Shown: positions 29,101-41,738, numbered from the whole stretch's first letter. The stretch is 63,957 nucleotides of DNA, filler included, from Octopus bimaculoides (GCF_001194135.2; 5 parts of 5 records of this genome joined end to end with filler, not necessarily neighbours in it), one strand, 5' to 3'. Made by a program: numbers and translations. The notes: generated by a model not told the origin, from the letters alone.

Positions 29101-30462
29101 TCGGATGGCGAATCTAAGCTGTGCAAAGTATATAAATTGACGGCAACATAAATGAGAAAAATATGATTCTGCGTACTTCAAGTAATTTATCAGCAGCTTA
29201 GTGCTTTCGTTATACAATAATGACCATATATTTCGTATTATTAGCTAAGCAGGCACATGAAACGAATACGTAGGAGTGTATCACTCTCAGAATGTTGACT
29301 TTTCCACATAAACTGAAGTACTATAATATACCAGATAACTATTGAAACTCAATAAGTGGGCGACCCTCACCACACTATCTAACTTACATCGGTACACATA
29401 CACACAGATATTTACACGAAAAAATACTGAACTGTAATTGACTTATATGAAATTGTATGAAAGAGTAACGTTTTAAGCCTGCCTCGTCTTCGCGCGTGAC
29501 TCGTCAAAATCTCAAAGAAAATGGAAACGGCCTTGAAAACAACCTTTTAATTTCTCAATCGAAATATGCCATATTGAGATCTAAATGAATGATTAAATGC
29601 GATGCCGTGTAAAAATGTATTAATGACAAATACACAAGCAATGAAACACACGCGTGCATACATACATATGTACACATAGGCACAATAAAGTCAGATTTTT
29701 TGGGGAATTTGCTTCGTAACCACGAGGACCAAGCTCCGATTCCACAGAGAACCACTTTAAGTAAATTTCATAAGCGTATGATCAATATATATAGTGAGTG
29801 AGAACAAGCTGACAGAAACTTTAAAATGATAGCTGGATTTTACTCTTAAATCGAAAGGTAACACTTTGGCTGAAATGCTGTGTCATTTCGAATTCCTATT
29901 AAGATATATTTGCCTGTGGAAACCTCGGCAGCTTCCACGTTAATCCACATACATTTAAATCAATGTGTAAGTGTTCCATAGCCAAATAGGAATAATATAA
30001 TTCAAAAATGCACATGCACATAGTCATTATACATAATGCCATGCTTTGAAGATGATAATATGTTACTACCTGTAAGAATAAAGCTTGCCATATGAATGCT
30101 TCGCATTTCATAAATTATATTAGTTATGGAAGCACATTTTCCGCAGATACCTATACTCAACGTTTTCGATCGCTTTTGAGAATTTAATTATTTATTGAAG
30201 ATAACGAATGTATCGTTATCCAAGGAATATTTCAGATATTTAATTTCTCATTTATGTTAATGGTTCTCTAATTGTTTTGTTATACTGCGATTACTAGTTT
30301 TTGTAATGCGAAAAATATTCAATATTGATGGGGAATAAGCATAGAACTTTCAGACATTTAAAATTCATGTATCTACAAGTCCGGCATTTATTTCAACACT
30401 TTGGTTTCATATGTGTGCTTACAATCGCCACCTCTCTCATTCTCCCTCTCTCTGTCTCCCTC

Positions 30463-30521
<59 letters not shown>

Positions 30522-31507
30522 NNNNNNNNNNNNNNNNNNNNNNNNNNNNNNNNNNNNNNNNNNNNNNNNNNNNNNNNNNNNNNNNNNNNNNNNNNNNNNN
30601 NNNNNNNNNNNNNNNNNNNNNNNNNNNNNNNNNNNNNNNNNNNNNNNNNNNNNNNNNNNNNNNNNNNNNNNNNNNNNNNNNNNNNNNNNNNNNNNNNNNN
30701 NNNNNNNNNNNNNNNNNNNNNNNNNNNNNNNNNNNNNNNNNNNNNNNNNNNNNNNNNNNNNNNNNNNNNNNNNNNNNNNNNNNNNNNNNNNNNNNNNNNN
30801 NNNNNNNNNNNNNNNNNNNNNNNNNNNNNNNNNNNNNNNNNNNNNNNNNNNNNNNNNNNNNNNNNNNNNNNNNNNNNNNNNNNNNNNNNNNNNNNNNNNN
30901 NNNNNNNNNNNNNNNNNNNNNNNNNNNNNNNNNNNNNNNNNNNNNNNNNNNNNNNNNNNNNNNNNNNNNNNNNNNNNNNNNNNNNNNNNNNNNNNNNNNN
31001 NNNNNNNNNNNNNNNNNNNNNNNNNNNNNNNNNNNNNNNNNNNNNNNNNNNNNNNNNNNNNNNNNNNNNNNNNNNNNNNNNNNNNNNNNNNNNNNNNNNN
31101 NNNNNNNNNNNNNNNNNNNNNNNNNNNNNNNNNNNNNNNNNNNNNNNNNNNNNNNNNNNNNNNNNNNNNNNNNNNNNNNNNNNNNNNNNNNNNNNNNNNN
31201 NNNNNNNNNNNNNNNNNNNNNNNNNNNNNNNNNNNNNNNNNNNNNNNNNNNNNNNNNNNNNNNNNNNNNNNNNNNNNNNNNNNNNNNNNNNNNNNNNNNN
31301 NNNNNNNNNNNNNNNNNNNNNNNNNNNNNNNNNNNNNNNNNNNNNNNNNNNNNNNNNNNNNNNNNNNNNNNNNNNNNNNNNNNNNNNNNNNNNNNNNNNN
31401 NNNNNNNNNNNNNNNNNNNNNNNNNNNNNNNNNNNNNNNNNNNNNNNNNNNNNNNNNNNNNNNNNNNNNNNNNNNNNNNNNNNNNNNNNNNNNNNNNNNN
31501 NNNNNNN

Positions 31508-31548
<41 letters not shown>

Positions 31549-32574
31549 TATATATATATGGTCATTTAACTTATTCATGTATTACAGGTTTAGTGATAGT
31601 TGTGTTTGTGTATACTTCCTTTGTATTTCACCTTCGTTTACTAATATGTGTATCACTTCCACATGTAGGCGGGTCGGTCAATTTCAATGTTGTTTGCTAA
31701 AACGTACGTTTTTCTCTTCCATGTAAGCAGACTACGGATGCTTCTTTTGTTTCTTAATTCTACTTGTAATATTGTTATAATTTTGTGCTATGCTATAGGC
31801 GATTTTCCTTATAAAATTTCTGTTAATGTTCTTGCATACTAATTCGTATGCTACAGTTTAAATATTTGAATATGGATTCATGCATTTTTTATAAGATTAT
31901 ATGTTGATGTGAATGAGGATATTATATATTTGTTCTAATGTATATCACTGCATCTTTACAATTATTTTAAGTTTTACAACACTTGACGGTCGCTATGAAA
32001 AATTGTATTTCCCTTCTATCTTTCTTAATCTTATGTATTTCAATAATTTTCAATGCTAGTAACGCTGGTCCTCTCTATATTTTTTCATAATATACTTTTT
32101 ATTTTCCTTCTTCGATCATTTATATTCAGTTGTGTTGATTATTCCAAAAATTTGGTAACTCGCCTTGCAATGATAAACCAAATAAATCCTAAGAAAAACG
32201 GGGCGAGACAAACGATACGGTATTCCCAGACATGCAAGCGAAACGAATGTTCGTGCCCGGGAATTTTTTGTACTTTCTCACAATGCACACATTTATCTAT
32301 CCATCCCTCCTCCTTCACACACACACACACATACACACACACACACACACACGCTCGCGCACTCAATCACACACACACTCTCAAGCACAAGCACACACAC
32401 ACACAAATATATATATATATAAAAATATACACATAAACACACACGTATATATAGATAGAGCATATACATATGTGTNNNNNNNNNNNNNNNNNNNNNNNNN
32501 NNNNNNNNNNNNNNNNNNNTTAATTAATTAANNNNNNNNNNNNNNNNNNNNNNNNNNNNNNNNNNNNNNNNNNN

Positions 32575-32945
32575 NGAAATTTCTTCCATGTCTGCCAAAT
32601 TTCTTTTCTTTTTCGGTGGGCTTCATTTTCCAGATTTCTTTCATTTATTTCTGATATCCACGGAGGTTGTGGTAGATTTTCTTTGGTAGACTTTATAATT
32701 GTTGGTATGATTTCCGTGAGATTCTTCATTTCATTGTTTATATGTTCGTTGATGAGTTTTCCATCTGTTGATTGTTTTTCTATTTCTTTTAAGATAGAGG
32801 ATTGTGTTTCTATCGTTGTGATGAGGATTGATAGTTTATATATATATATCTTATAACTTATAAAATCGAAGTGGTAGGTTGGGCTACCATTTGATAAAAT
32901 GAGAAAGGTACAAGAACAATAGTGTGAGGGGAAACATAGTGGCAT
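32575..32945 (-). mobile_element. Open frame next to a gap, possibly a retroelement (Penelope-like) N-terminal region
   Basis: More than 100 stop-free non-microsatellite codons (TIETQSSILKEIEKQSTDGKLINEH...PPWISEINERNLE). No diagnostic motif. Confidence 0.25.
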
Positions 32946-33479
32946 AGAGAGTGTGACTGATATCAGGGAAGGGGAGCACAGAGTTGTGTAAGCAGCAAAT
33001 ATGGAGTGGCAGGGATAGTAATATTAGTACAGCTGTCATTCAGAGATACACATGTGCGTTTTCAATCTGTCCTCTCTTGCTCATCTCTTTCTCTCTGTCT
33101 GTCTGTCTGTCTGTCTGTGGAACACACACACACATACACACACTCACAAATCTATACACAAGTATTTGACAATGTTTAAACCAAAATTATCTATGAATAG
33201 ACAATAAAGAAGTTATCATCTGCTAAATACTTGGAGTCAATTCACTTTTCTTTTATTTACAAAATTATAATCACTCATTCATCTATCACAAAGATAGAAA
33301 GATAGATTTCTAAAGGGGAAATTGCTATCATCTAGTATCTTATCTCTTTTGTTATTGTAATTTTCCATCACGTTCTGTTCACATAACCATCTAAAGTTTA
33401 AACAGAAGGTGAAGTCCCTTACTGAATGTTTTGAAAAACATTCAACAATTACATTAATTCATTTATTCATTTCTTTAAT

Positions 33480-33850
33480 AAAGTCATGGGTGATGGTAAC
33501 TGTATGTTCAGAACTGTGTCACTCTTGCTCAAAAACAACAGAAATTACCAAACTCTTTAGGAAGAGTCTGTACAATACATATGCAATAATTGGAAGTATT
33601 TTCATTCTTTTATTCCTAATAGTACAATGCAGGAATACCAAGCATACACGATGGAACATATGGCAGTAATGTTGAATTAGCTGCCATTAGTGAATTGTAT
33701 AATGTTGCAATTCAGTTTCATCACAAAAATGACGATGAAATTATTCTTCCTCTATTCACCGTTTGTGGTCAAACAGTTATAGAAAGGAAGATTTCAGTGT
33801 TATATAGTGGTGAAATTGACAATGGTCACTATGATGCTGTCTTTCTCATA
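33480..33850 (+). pseudogene. OTU-family cysteine protease domain (Helitron-borne), disrupted
   Basis: KVMGDGNCMFRTVS (Cys codon 33501-33503), stop at 33558-33560, then a frameshift into DGTYGSNVELAAISELYNV...ISVLYSGEIDNGHYDAVF (His codon 33827-33829). Confidence 0.85.
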
Positions 33851-34324
33851 AACAATCATGAGCATGAAAGAAATATAGAAGGAAATAAAATATCACAAGA
33901 CAGTAAAAAAAGACAAAAAAAAAACAAGAATTCAAACAATTATTATGAAAATTGTAGAAGAAAGTAAAAACCAATGGAAAGTTAGGTTGCAAAAAAATGA
34001 GAGAATAGGAGAAGATGACAAGAGAACAAGAAGGTGATAAAGATAAGGAAATAAAATTTCAGAGAAGGAAAATGATAGAAATAAAAAAGTAGAAGAAAAT
34101 AAAAAAGACAAAGAAATACAATTGCTAAAAAAGGAGAGAAAAAGGTAGAATAAATAGAAAACAAAGGAGTGAATATGACTGAAAAATATGAAAGCTTTCC
34201 AGAGAAAATCATCAGAAAAAGTACAGATGATTTCAATGACAAGGTGTAGCATTTAATTATGATCCTAATTGTAATTATGATCCTAATTGTAATTATGTAT
34301 CTGAAAAAATTGTCTCCCTAGGCT

Positions 34325-36060
34325 CTGTGTGTAAAACATGAAAAGTGTGGTGTTAGGAAGTGGGACAAGGAATCATTAGGTTTGTGATGTTCTAAAAGTA
34401 AAGTCCATTTACCAATAATTGAGCCCCCAGAACTTATAAAACATCTTCTTTTGGGTACCACTTCAGAATCAAAACACTTTCTTAAAAATATTCAAGCATA
34501 CAATTGTGCTTTTCAAATGACATCATTTGGGGCATAAATTATTAGGGAAAGTGGGTTTATACCAACTTTTAAAGTGCAAGGATAAATTTATCACAGAATT
34601 GGCTCACTTAAGCCTTTACAGAATAAAGATCCACAATTTTTACAAATATATTTTATAGGTCGCAACAGTGTCACAACAAGAATTGTCCAGGGACAAGATT
34701 AGAACTTACTTTTAAGCTGCAAGAAATGTTTCATGTAAAGAATTCTTATGTGAGAAGCTTTCACTATGCTTTAGAATATACTTCAACTGTAGACTTTCAA
34801 GTTGTCATCGATGCCAATGTCCATCGATGCCAATGTCCATCGATGCCAATGTCCATCGATTCAATGTTCCTGAGTGTAATGAAGTGGCTATTATTATGGT
34901 TGGAGAACAACATGGTAAATGAGATATTGTTTTGAAATATCGCAACAATAGCATCATGTTCATAAATGAAACTCATTGTTCATATGATGCTTTACAATAT
35001 CCCTTGCTTTTTGCTAACAGAAAAGATGGATACCACTTTGGTATATCACAAGTTGGAGGAATCACTTCCAAAAAACTGTATCCTGTATGGATTATCATGT
35101 TCATCAATTGATGATTTGAAGTAATTTGTTTAATCATCTTCTCTATTACCAAGATCTTTTTCACCAATATGTTATCGATATGTATGCCAAAATAGAGTCG
35201 GAGTGGGTGTGCTACATAAAAATGCACCAAAAAGAACATTCAGAATCATATGTGCATATATAAGATGGCATTAATAATGATATTGCTGGGACAGGGCTTG
35301 GATAACTTTGAATTCTCCCATCTAGTTTTACAGGAGGCCCAAGATATATGCATGAGAGGACACAAGATGCCATGACTTATGTGAGAAATTATGGCACCCT
35401 GATCTTTTCATTACTTTTACTTGCAATCCCAAATAGAACAAAATCCAAAATGAACTTTTTCTAGGACAGTTATACATCAACAGGTACGACCTAATTGCAA
35501 GAGTTTTTCATCTCAAGGTTTTGAAATTGATGGACTTCATAACTAAGTCTTACATATTTTGACCAGTACATTGCTGTATGTATACCACTGAATGGCAAAA
35601 TAGAGGCCTACCTCATATGCATATATTAATCTGGTTTTTGCAGAAAATTCAAACTTATGAGATTGATTCCATAATCTCAGCAGAAATTCCAAACCCCATA
35701 AAAGACAAAGACCTATATGAAATTGTAAAATTGAACATGGTTTATGGCCCATGTGGTGACCTCAACCCAACTGCACCTTGCATGAAAGACAAAAAGTGTA
35801 TGAAACAGTATCATAAAAATTTCATTAAAGAAATGCAAATGGGTAATGATGAATATCCATCATATAGAAGAAGGGCACCACAAGATGGAGTCTTTGAAAC
35901 AAAAATTGGTCACCATACAATTGGTAATCAATGGATTGTGCCTTACTACCCTCTTTTGTCTAAGACATTCAATGCTCACATAAATGTTGAATTTTGTAAT
36001 TCTATACAGTCAATTTAGTACATTTGTAAATATGTTAATAGGGGGTCTGATACTGCAATT
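34325..36060 (+). pseudogene. Helitron Rep (HUH endonuclease) region, multiple stops and frameshifts
   Basis: HFLKNIQAYNCAFQMTSFGA; FKVQG*IYHRIGSL; SSFTGGPRYMHERTQDAMTYVR; motif 1 DLFITFTCNP; motif 2 EWQNRGLPHMHILIW; motif 3 YICKYVNRGSD. Confidence 0.95.
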
Positions 36061-37335
36061 TTTTTTTTGTTTGTTTCAGTAATTTGACTGCGGCCATGCT
36101 GGAGCACCACCTTAACCCGAACAAATTTACCCCAGGACTTATTCTTTGTAAGTCTAATACTTATTCTATTGGTCTCTTTTGCTGAACCGCTAAGTGACAG
36201 AGACGTAAACACACATCAGCATTGGTTGTCAGACAATAGTGGTGGTGGGGAGGGACAAACAGAGATGCACAAACATATACACACACACATATATATATAT
36301 ATATAGATTCAGGTGAATATGATACTTAAGTTCAGGCACCATACAATTTCAAAGTAAGCTGATTAAAATCAAAATAAGCAACAAGGATATCCAGAGGTAA
36401 TGTNNNNNNNNNNNNNNNNNNNNNNNNNNNNNNNNNNNNNNNNNNNNNNNNNNNNNNNNNNNNNNNNNNNNNNNNNNNNNNNNNNNNNNNNNNNNNNNNN
36501 NNNNNNNNNNNNNNNNNNNNNNNNNNNNNNNNNNNNNNNNNNNNNNNNNNNNNNNNNNNNNNNNNNNNNNNNNNNNNNNNNNNNNNNNNNNNNNNNNNNN
36601 NNNNNNNNNNNNNNNNNNNNNNNNNNNNNNNNNNNNNNNNNNNNNNNNNNNNNNNNNNNNNNNNNNNNNNNNNNNNNNNNNNNNNNNNNNNNNNNNNNNN
36701 NNNNNNNNNNNNNNNNNNNNNNNNNNNNNNNNNNNNNNNNNNNNNNNNNNNNNNNNNNNNNNNNNNNNNNNNNNNNNNNNNNNNNNNNNNNNNNNNNNNN
36801 NNNNNNNNNNNNNNNNNNNNNNNNNNNNNNNNNNNNNNNNNNNNNNNNNNNNNNNNNNNNNNNNNNNNNNNNNNNNNNNNNNNNNNNNNNNNNNNNNNNN
36901 NNNNNNNNNNNNNNNNNNNNNNNNNNNNNNNNNNNNNNNNNNNNNNNNNNNNNNNNNNNNNNNNNNNNNNNNNNNNNNNNNNNNNNNNNNNNNNNNNNNN
37001 NNNNNNNNNNNNNNNNNNNNNNNNNNNNNNNNNNNNNNNNNNNNNNNNNNNNNNNNNNNNNNNNNNNNNNNNNNNNNNNNNNNNNNNNNNNNNNNNNNNN
37101 NNNNNNNNNNNNNNNNNNNNNNNNNNNNNNNNNNNNNNNNNNNNNNNNNNNNNNNNNNNNNNNNNNNNNNNNNNNNNNNNNNNNNNNNNNNNNNNNNNNN
37201 NNNNNNNNNNNNNNNNNNNNNNNNNNNNNNNNNNNNNNNNNNNNNNNNNNNNNNNNNNNNNNNNNNNNNNNNNNNNNNNNNNNNNNNNNNNNNNNNNNNN
37301 NNNNNNNNNNNNNNNNNNNNNNNNNNNNNNNNNNN

Positions 37336-37540
37336 ACTCCGCAATTTTTTCACCGTCCTGCTAGCCCACGTAAGTCCAGTCTTGCTTTGCTCTCCTTACT
37401 AACTCACCATGACATTCTTTTTTTTCTACCAAGATCTGTCGCCCAAACACCACTTCGTATCCACTTCTTCCTCTTTTTTATATCTTCATTTCTCTCTTCG
37501 CGTCGTTCTCTGACCGGGTGAAACCGGGCTTAGCTGCTAG
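37336..37540 (+). mobile_element. 3' terminus of a second, CpG-rich (younger) Helitron-like element
   Basis: Hairpin CCGG-GTGAAA-CCGG (37514-37527), then CTAG at 37537-37540 followed by T. The 5' part is lost in the gap. Confidence 0.55.
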
Positions 37541-37546
37541 TATATG

Positions 37547-37602
<56 letters not shown>

Positions 37603-38190
37603 GATTCAGGTGAATATGATACTTAAGTTCAGGCACCATACAATTTCAAAGTAAGCTGATTAAAATCAAAATAAGCAACAAGGATATCCAGAGGTAATGT
37701 AGTATGATTGTTTCATGCAACTTCATTTAATTGAACAATGTAATCATGACATCAATTTAAAATGCAGAGCAATCCTCAGCTGCACAAAGATATAGAATTT
37801 AATTAAATTAGAACAGATGGACACATTAGTATAATAATACCTAAAATCTCCCAGAGGTTACGGAGACAGACAGAGAACTTCCTGCTTTAGCCATACCATG
37901 GAAGTTAATAAATAAAATGTCAAAGAAGGCTCTGCTTGTCACTGATTTTATTTGTTTTTTTAGTTTAGATTTATAGACTATCATATCAAACCTTGTATAT
38001 CTAAAGCTTAAGAGAATAAAGGGCATTAATGCTAACAGATAATGTACTTTATTCTTATTGTATGTTATAGTAGGCTTTAAAATGCTTATATTATTAGATT
38101 AGTATTTTGGATATAATTTTCTATGTGTACTCCAGTAAATAAGGTTGTCCTGAAATTGAGGTTCTATTGGTAAAATACCAAATTTGTAAT
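37603..38190 (-). mobile_element. (TA)n-embedded unclassified element, possibly Penelope-related
   Basis: Starts and ends in (TA)n. Shares the CCAGAGGTA-TGTAGTATG end motif with 56511-56670; CTGAGGA on the minus strand near 37790. Confidence 0.3.
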
Positions 38191-38191
38191 A

Positions 38192-38222
<31 letters not shown>

Positions 38223-38382
38223 CGACAGGCTTCTTTCAGTTTCCATCTACTAAATCCACTCACAAGGCTTTGGTCGGCCTGAGGCTATAGTAGAAGACAC
38301 TTGCCCAAGGTGCCATGCAGTGGGACTGAACCCAGAACCATGTGGTTGGTAAACAAACTACTTACCACACATCCACTCCTGT

Positions 38383-40649
38383 AATGTTGACCCTTCAACG
38401 GACATTTCAAGATGAAGTGACCCACTTCCAAATGGGGCAGTATATTTGCAACAATGAGTCTTTTTGAAGAATATTTGGTTTCCTTTTCCATGAATGATAT
38501 CCTCCTGTGAAACAGCTCACTGTTCATTTAGAGAATGGGCAAAGAAACTGCTGCTCAGCAATCCCTAGCTCCAAGAGAAACTACATTAACAGCATTTTTC
38601 AAACTTTGCCAGAAAGACTCTTTCACTAAAACCCTGTTGTACTATCAATTACTATCATATTGTACATGGAACAACAAACAATGGAATTGCAGAAAAATAA
38701 GCACTGAGGTTGATGGTTATCCTGATATCTGATTTAACAATGTTCTGGGAAGTTTGTACTGTACATCCAACTCAGCAGGAATGTTTTTACTTACATTTGC
38801 TTCTCCATGAAATTCGTGGTCCCACATCTTTTATTAACCTTTGAACTGTTGATGGTTATGTTTGTGCTTCGAATAGAGAAACAGTTTTTCGGTTAGGCTT
38901 GTTACAGAATGATAGTCATTAGATGGCAGCTATGTCAGAGAGTTCTGTGTCTTGCACAGGAGGCAATTTAAGAACAATGTTTGCCATTCTCCTTAAATAC
39001 AGTACTTTAGGGCTAAGATACAAAAATTATCTTGCAGAAGATTACAAATACCAGATTCAATTACGATGTCCTGGCACAAAAATAGAATACAATGACGAAA
39101 TCTACAACGCTGCATTAATTTCCATTGAAGACAAAGTTGTTTCTATGAAAGGGAATGAATTGCATGAGCATGGAATTCCTCATACCAATCGTTCTGAACT
39201 TGATAGTTTAACAACATATCTATTAAATGAAATTTCCCACAACATGGAAGATCTCTCAAGATATGTTAGTGAAAATGAACTGAAATTGTTGCTTGAACAA
39301 AAAGTATACTACAATACTATACTAGAAAAGGTTTTTGATCAAATGGGAGGGCTTTTTTTCTTGATGCTCCTGTAGGAACTGGCAAAACATTTGTCACTAA
39401 GCTTTTACTTGCCAAAGTGTGACAAGAGACAAAAAATAGCTTTGGCTGTGGCTTCTTCAGGTATTGCTACTACTTTACTCCCAGGAGGAAGAACAGCTCA
39501 CTCTACTTTCAAATTGCCCTTGAATTGCCTTATATTGCTTTCAAATTGCCCTAGCATTGAGACACCAGTTTGTAATATTTGTAAAACATCTGGGATGGGA
39601 CAAATACTAAAGAAGTGTGACCTCATTATTTAGGATGAATGTACGATGGCCAACAAAAAGTCTTTGGAAGCTCTGAATCAAAGCTTGCAAGATTTAAGAA
39701 ATTCAAAATTATTAAGGTGGGGGTTTACCACTGTACTCTCAGGAGAGTTCAGCAGATTTTGCCTGCAATTCCAAAGGGCACTAAGGCAGATGAGTTAACA
39801 GCATGCTTGAGGTCCTCCTATTTGTGGAGACACATAACAAAAATGAGCCTAACTATGAACATGAGAGCCATTCTTTCGGGCAATGTTTTGTCCGAAGAAT
39901 TTGCTCAAAATTTATGGGAACTTGGAGAAGGTAGGGTATCCCTAGCTGAAAACAATTGTTTAGATATATCTCTAATTAGTAGATCATTTTCATATCTCAC
40001 TGTTTTTCCAAATTTTCAAGACCACCAACAAAACCATAAGTACTTACATTAAAGGGCAACACTTGTGCCAAAAAATATCACCGTCAACACCATAAACAAT
40101 AAGTTATTGGACTGCATTTCAGGAAATACACAGACTTACAAATTTATAGATTCAGTTCCAGATCCTGCAGAGGCTGTCACTTATCCTGTTGAATTCTTAA
40201 ATTCTTTGGAACCACACCAACTTCTCTTAAAGGTAGGAGCCATCATCATACTACTATGGAACCTTGATCAACCTCAGTTATGTAATGGTATTAGATTGGT
40301 AGTTGAAAAATTAATGCCTCATATTATTCAGGTTACTATTTTGACTGGGTGTTTTACGGGAGTAGAGGCACTTATACTGAGAATACCTTTGATTCCATCT
40401 GACATAGAAATACTTTTTGTATTCAAAAGGCTACAATTTCCAGTGAAACTCAGCTTTGCTATGTCTATAAATAAATCACAGGAGTAAACGTTACCTGTTG
40501 CTGCGCTACAACTTGAAAAAAATTGTTTTTCTCATGGGCAACTGTATGTAGCATATACAAGAGCTGGAAGTCCACACAATCTTTTTACATATGCTCCTTC
40601 CGGGAAAATATGTAATATTCTTTATAAGGAAGTTCTAGATTTAGAATAA
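38383..40649 (+). pseudogene. Helitron Rep C-terminus and PIF1-family (SF1B) helicase, multiple stops and frameshifts
   Basis: Walker A FLDAPVGTGKT (~39358-39390); ASSGIATTLLPGGRTAHSTFKLP; II*DECTM; LCNGIRLVV; RLQFPVKLSFAMSINKSQ; CFSHGQLYVA; stop at 40647-40649. Confidence 0.95.
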
Positions 40650-40794
40650 ATAGTAAATAAGATGAACAAATAACACAATGAAGAAGTGAAAGGACATGGG
40701 CAGAAAATAGGAATCTTGAAAATGAAATGCAAAAATGTATTTAGCATGGGCAAAGCAATGCCATATGGCAGTTGGCTCCCGAGTAACACCAGGT

Positions 40795-40849
<55 letters not shown>

Positions 40850-40909
40850 ATGCNNNNNNNNNNNNNNNNNNNNNNNNNNNNNNNNNNNNNNNNNNNNNNN
40901 NNNNNNNNN

Positions 40910-40973
<64 letters not shown>

Positions 40974-41087
40974 CTTCTCCACTTTCTATGTTTTAAATAT
41001 CAGATATTACAATTCTGCAAATAAAAAAGAAGTGTGTGTTTCAAACAAAGGAGTTTGTGATTCCACACAAAAATTAGGGGGAGCAAT

Positions 41088-41262
41088 TGGGGGTTAGGCT
41101 TAGGATTTAATACTAGGGTTAGTGTTGTAGTTTAGATTTTAGGGATTAAATTAGGATTAGGATCTTGAGTTAAGTTTTAAGGCAAGAGCTGAGGGTTAGC
41201 ATTTAACATCAGGGTTTTGTATTAGCATTGAAGATTACAATTTTGAGTTAAAGTAAGGGTTA
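41088..41262 (+). repeat. Degenerate TTAGGG-like repeats inside the Helitron 3' region
   Basis: GGGGTTAGGCTTAGGA, CTAGGGTTAG, TTTAGGGA, TTAGGATTAGGA, GAGGGTTAG, TAAGGGTTA. Confidence 0.6.
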
Positions 41263-41738
41263 ATTTAAACAGAAATAGAAAAAGGATTCAAGAGATTTAA
41301 ATTTGTGTACAAATTTTTACAGAATTGAACTTGCATATGTTTGGAATATGGATATCAAACTATATTCTTGAAAGAAGAAAAATTAAAAAGGTTTACAAAG
41401 TGTTCTTAGCCTGAAATTTCATTTTATTATTTTGAAATGCGATGTTACTGTTTATTCTCTGAGTCATTAACTCAGGCAACTCCAGGTATTTCAGCTAGTA
41501 TATATATATATATATATTTTTTGAGGATACAGATCCCTCTTAAAAAGGGATGTTAACATCCAAGCTTCACTGGTTTAATTTTATGTATCGATGAAATATT
41601 CAGGAGTTCAGTATTACTTAATAGTGTTGGTGTTTATTGTTTAATAATAAGCGCCAATTAAGTATATTATGGAGTTCAATGATTGTTTCACTTCGATATA
41701 TATGGGTATACTTCAATATAGTATATAAGAAGAAAATT

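Larger units (their letters stand above)
36062..38382 (-). mobile_element. SINE family B inserted in the Helitron, itself split at its internal (TA)n by about 1.9 kb of further insertions and a gap
   Basis: SINE 3' half at 36062-36304 and 5' half at about 38200-38382. The Helitron reading resumes at 38383 (DEVTHFQMGQYICNNES...HLENGQR). Confidence 0.8.
33151..41498 (+). mobile_element. Decayed autonomous-type Helitron (OTU-Rep-helicase) with nested insertions
   Basis: Collinear OTU, Zn-finger/Rep and PIF1 domains on one strand. 3' end CAGGCAACTCCAGGTATTTCAGCTAG followed by T (CTAG 41495-41498). The 5' end A|TC at 33151 is tentative. Confidence 0.85.

Noticed and set aside
36306-37700. Exact 98-bp direct repeat (36306-36403 and 37603-37700) flanking a gap
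   Set aside because: 100% identity with one copy ending at a contig edge points to a redundant contig overlap or haplotype artefact. A real LTR-like duplication cannot be excluded without long reads.
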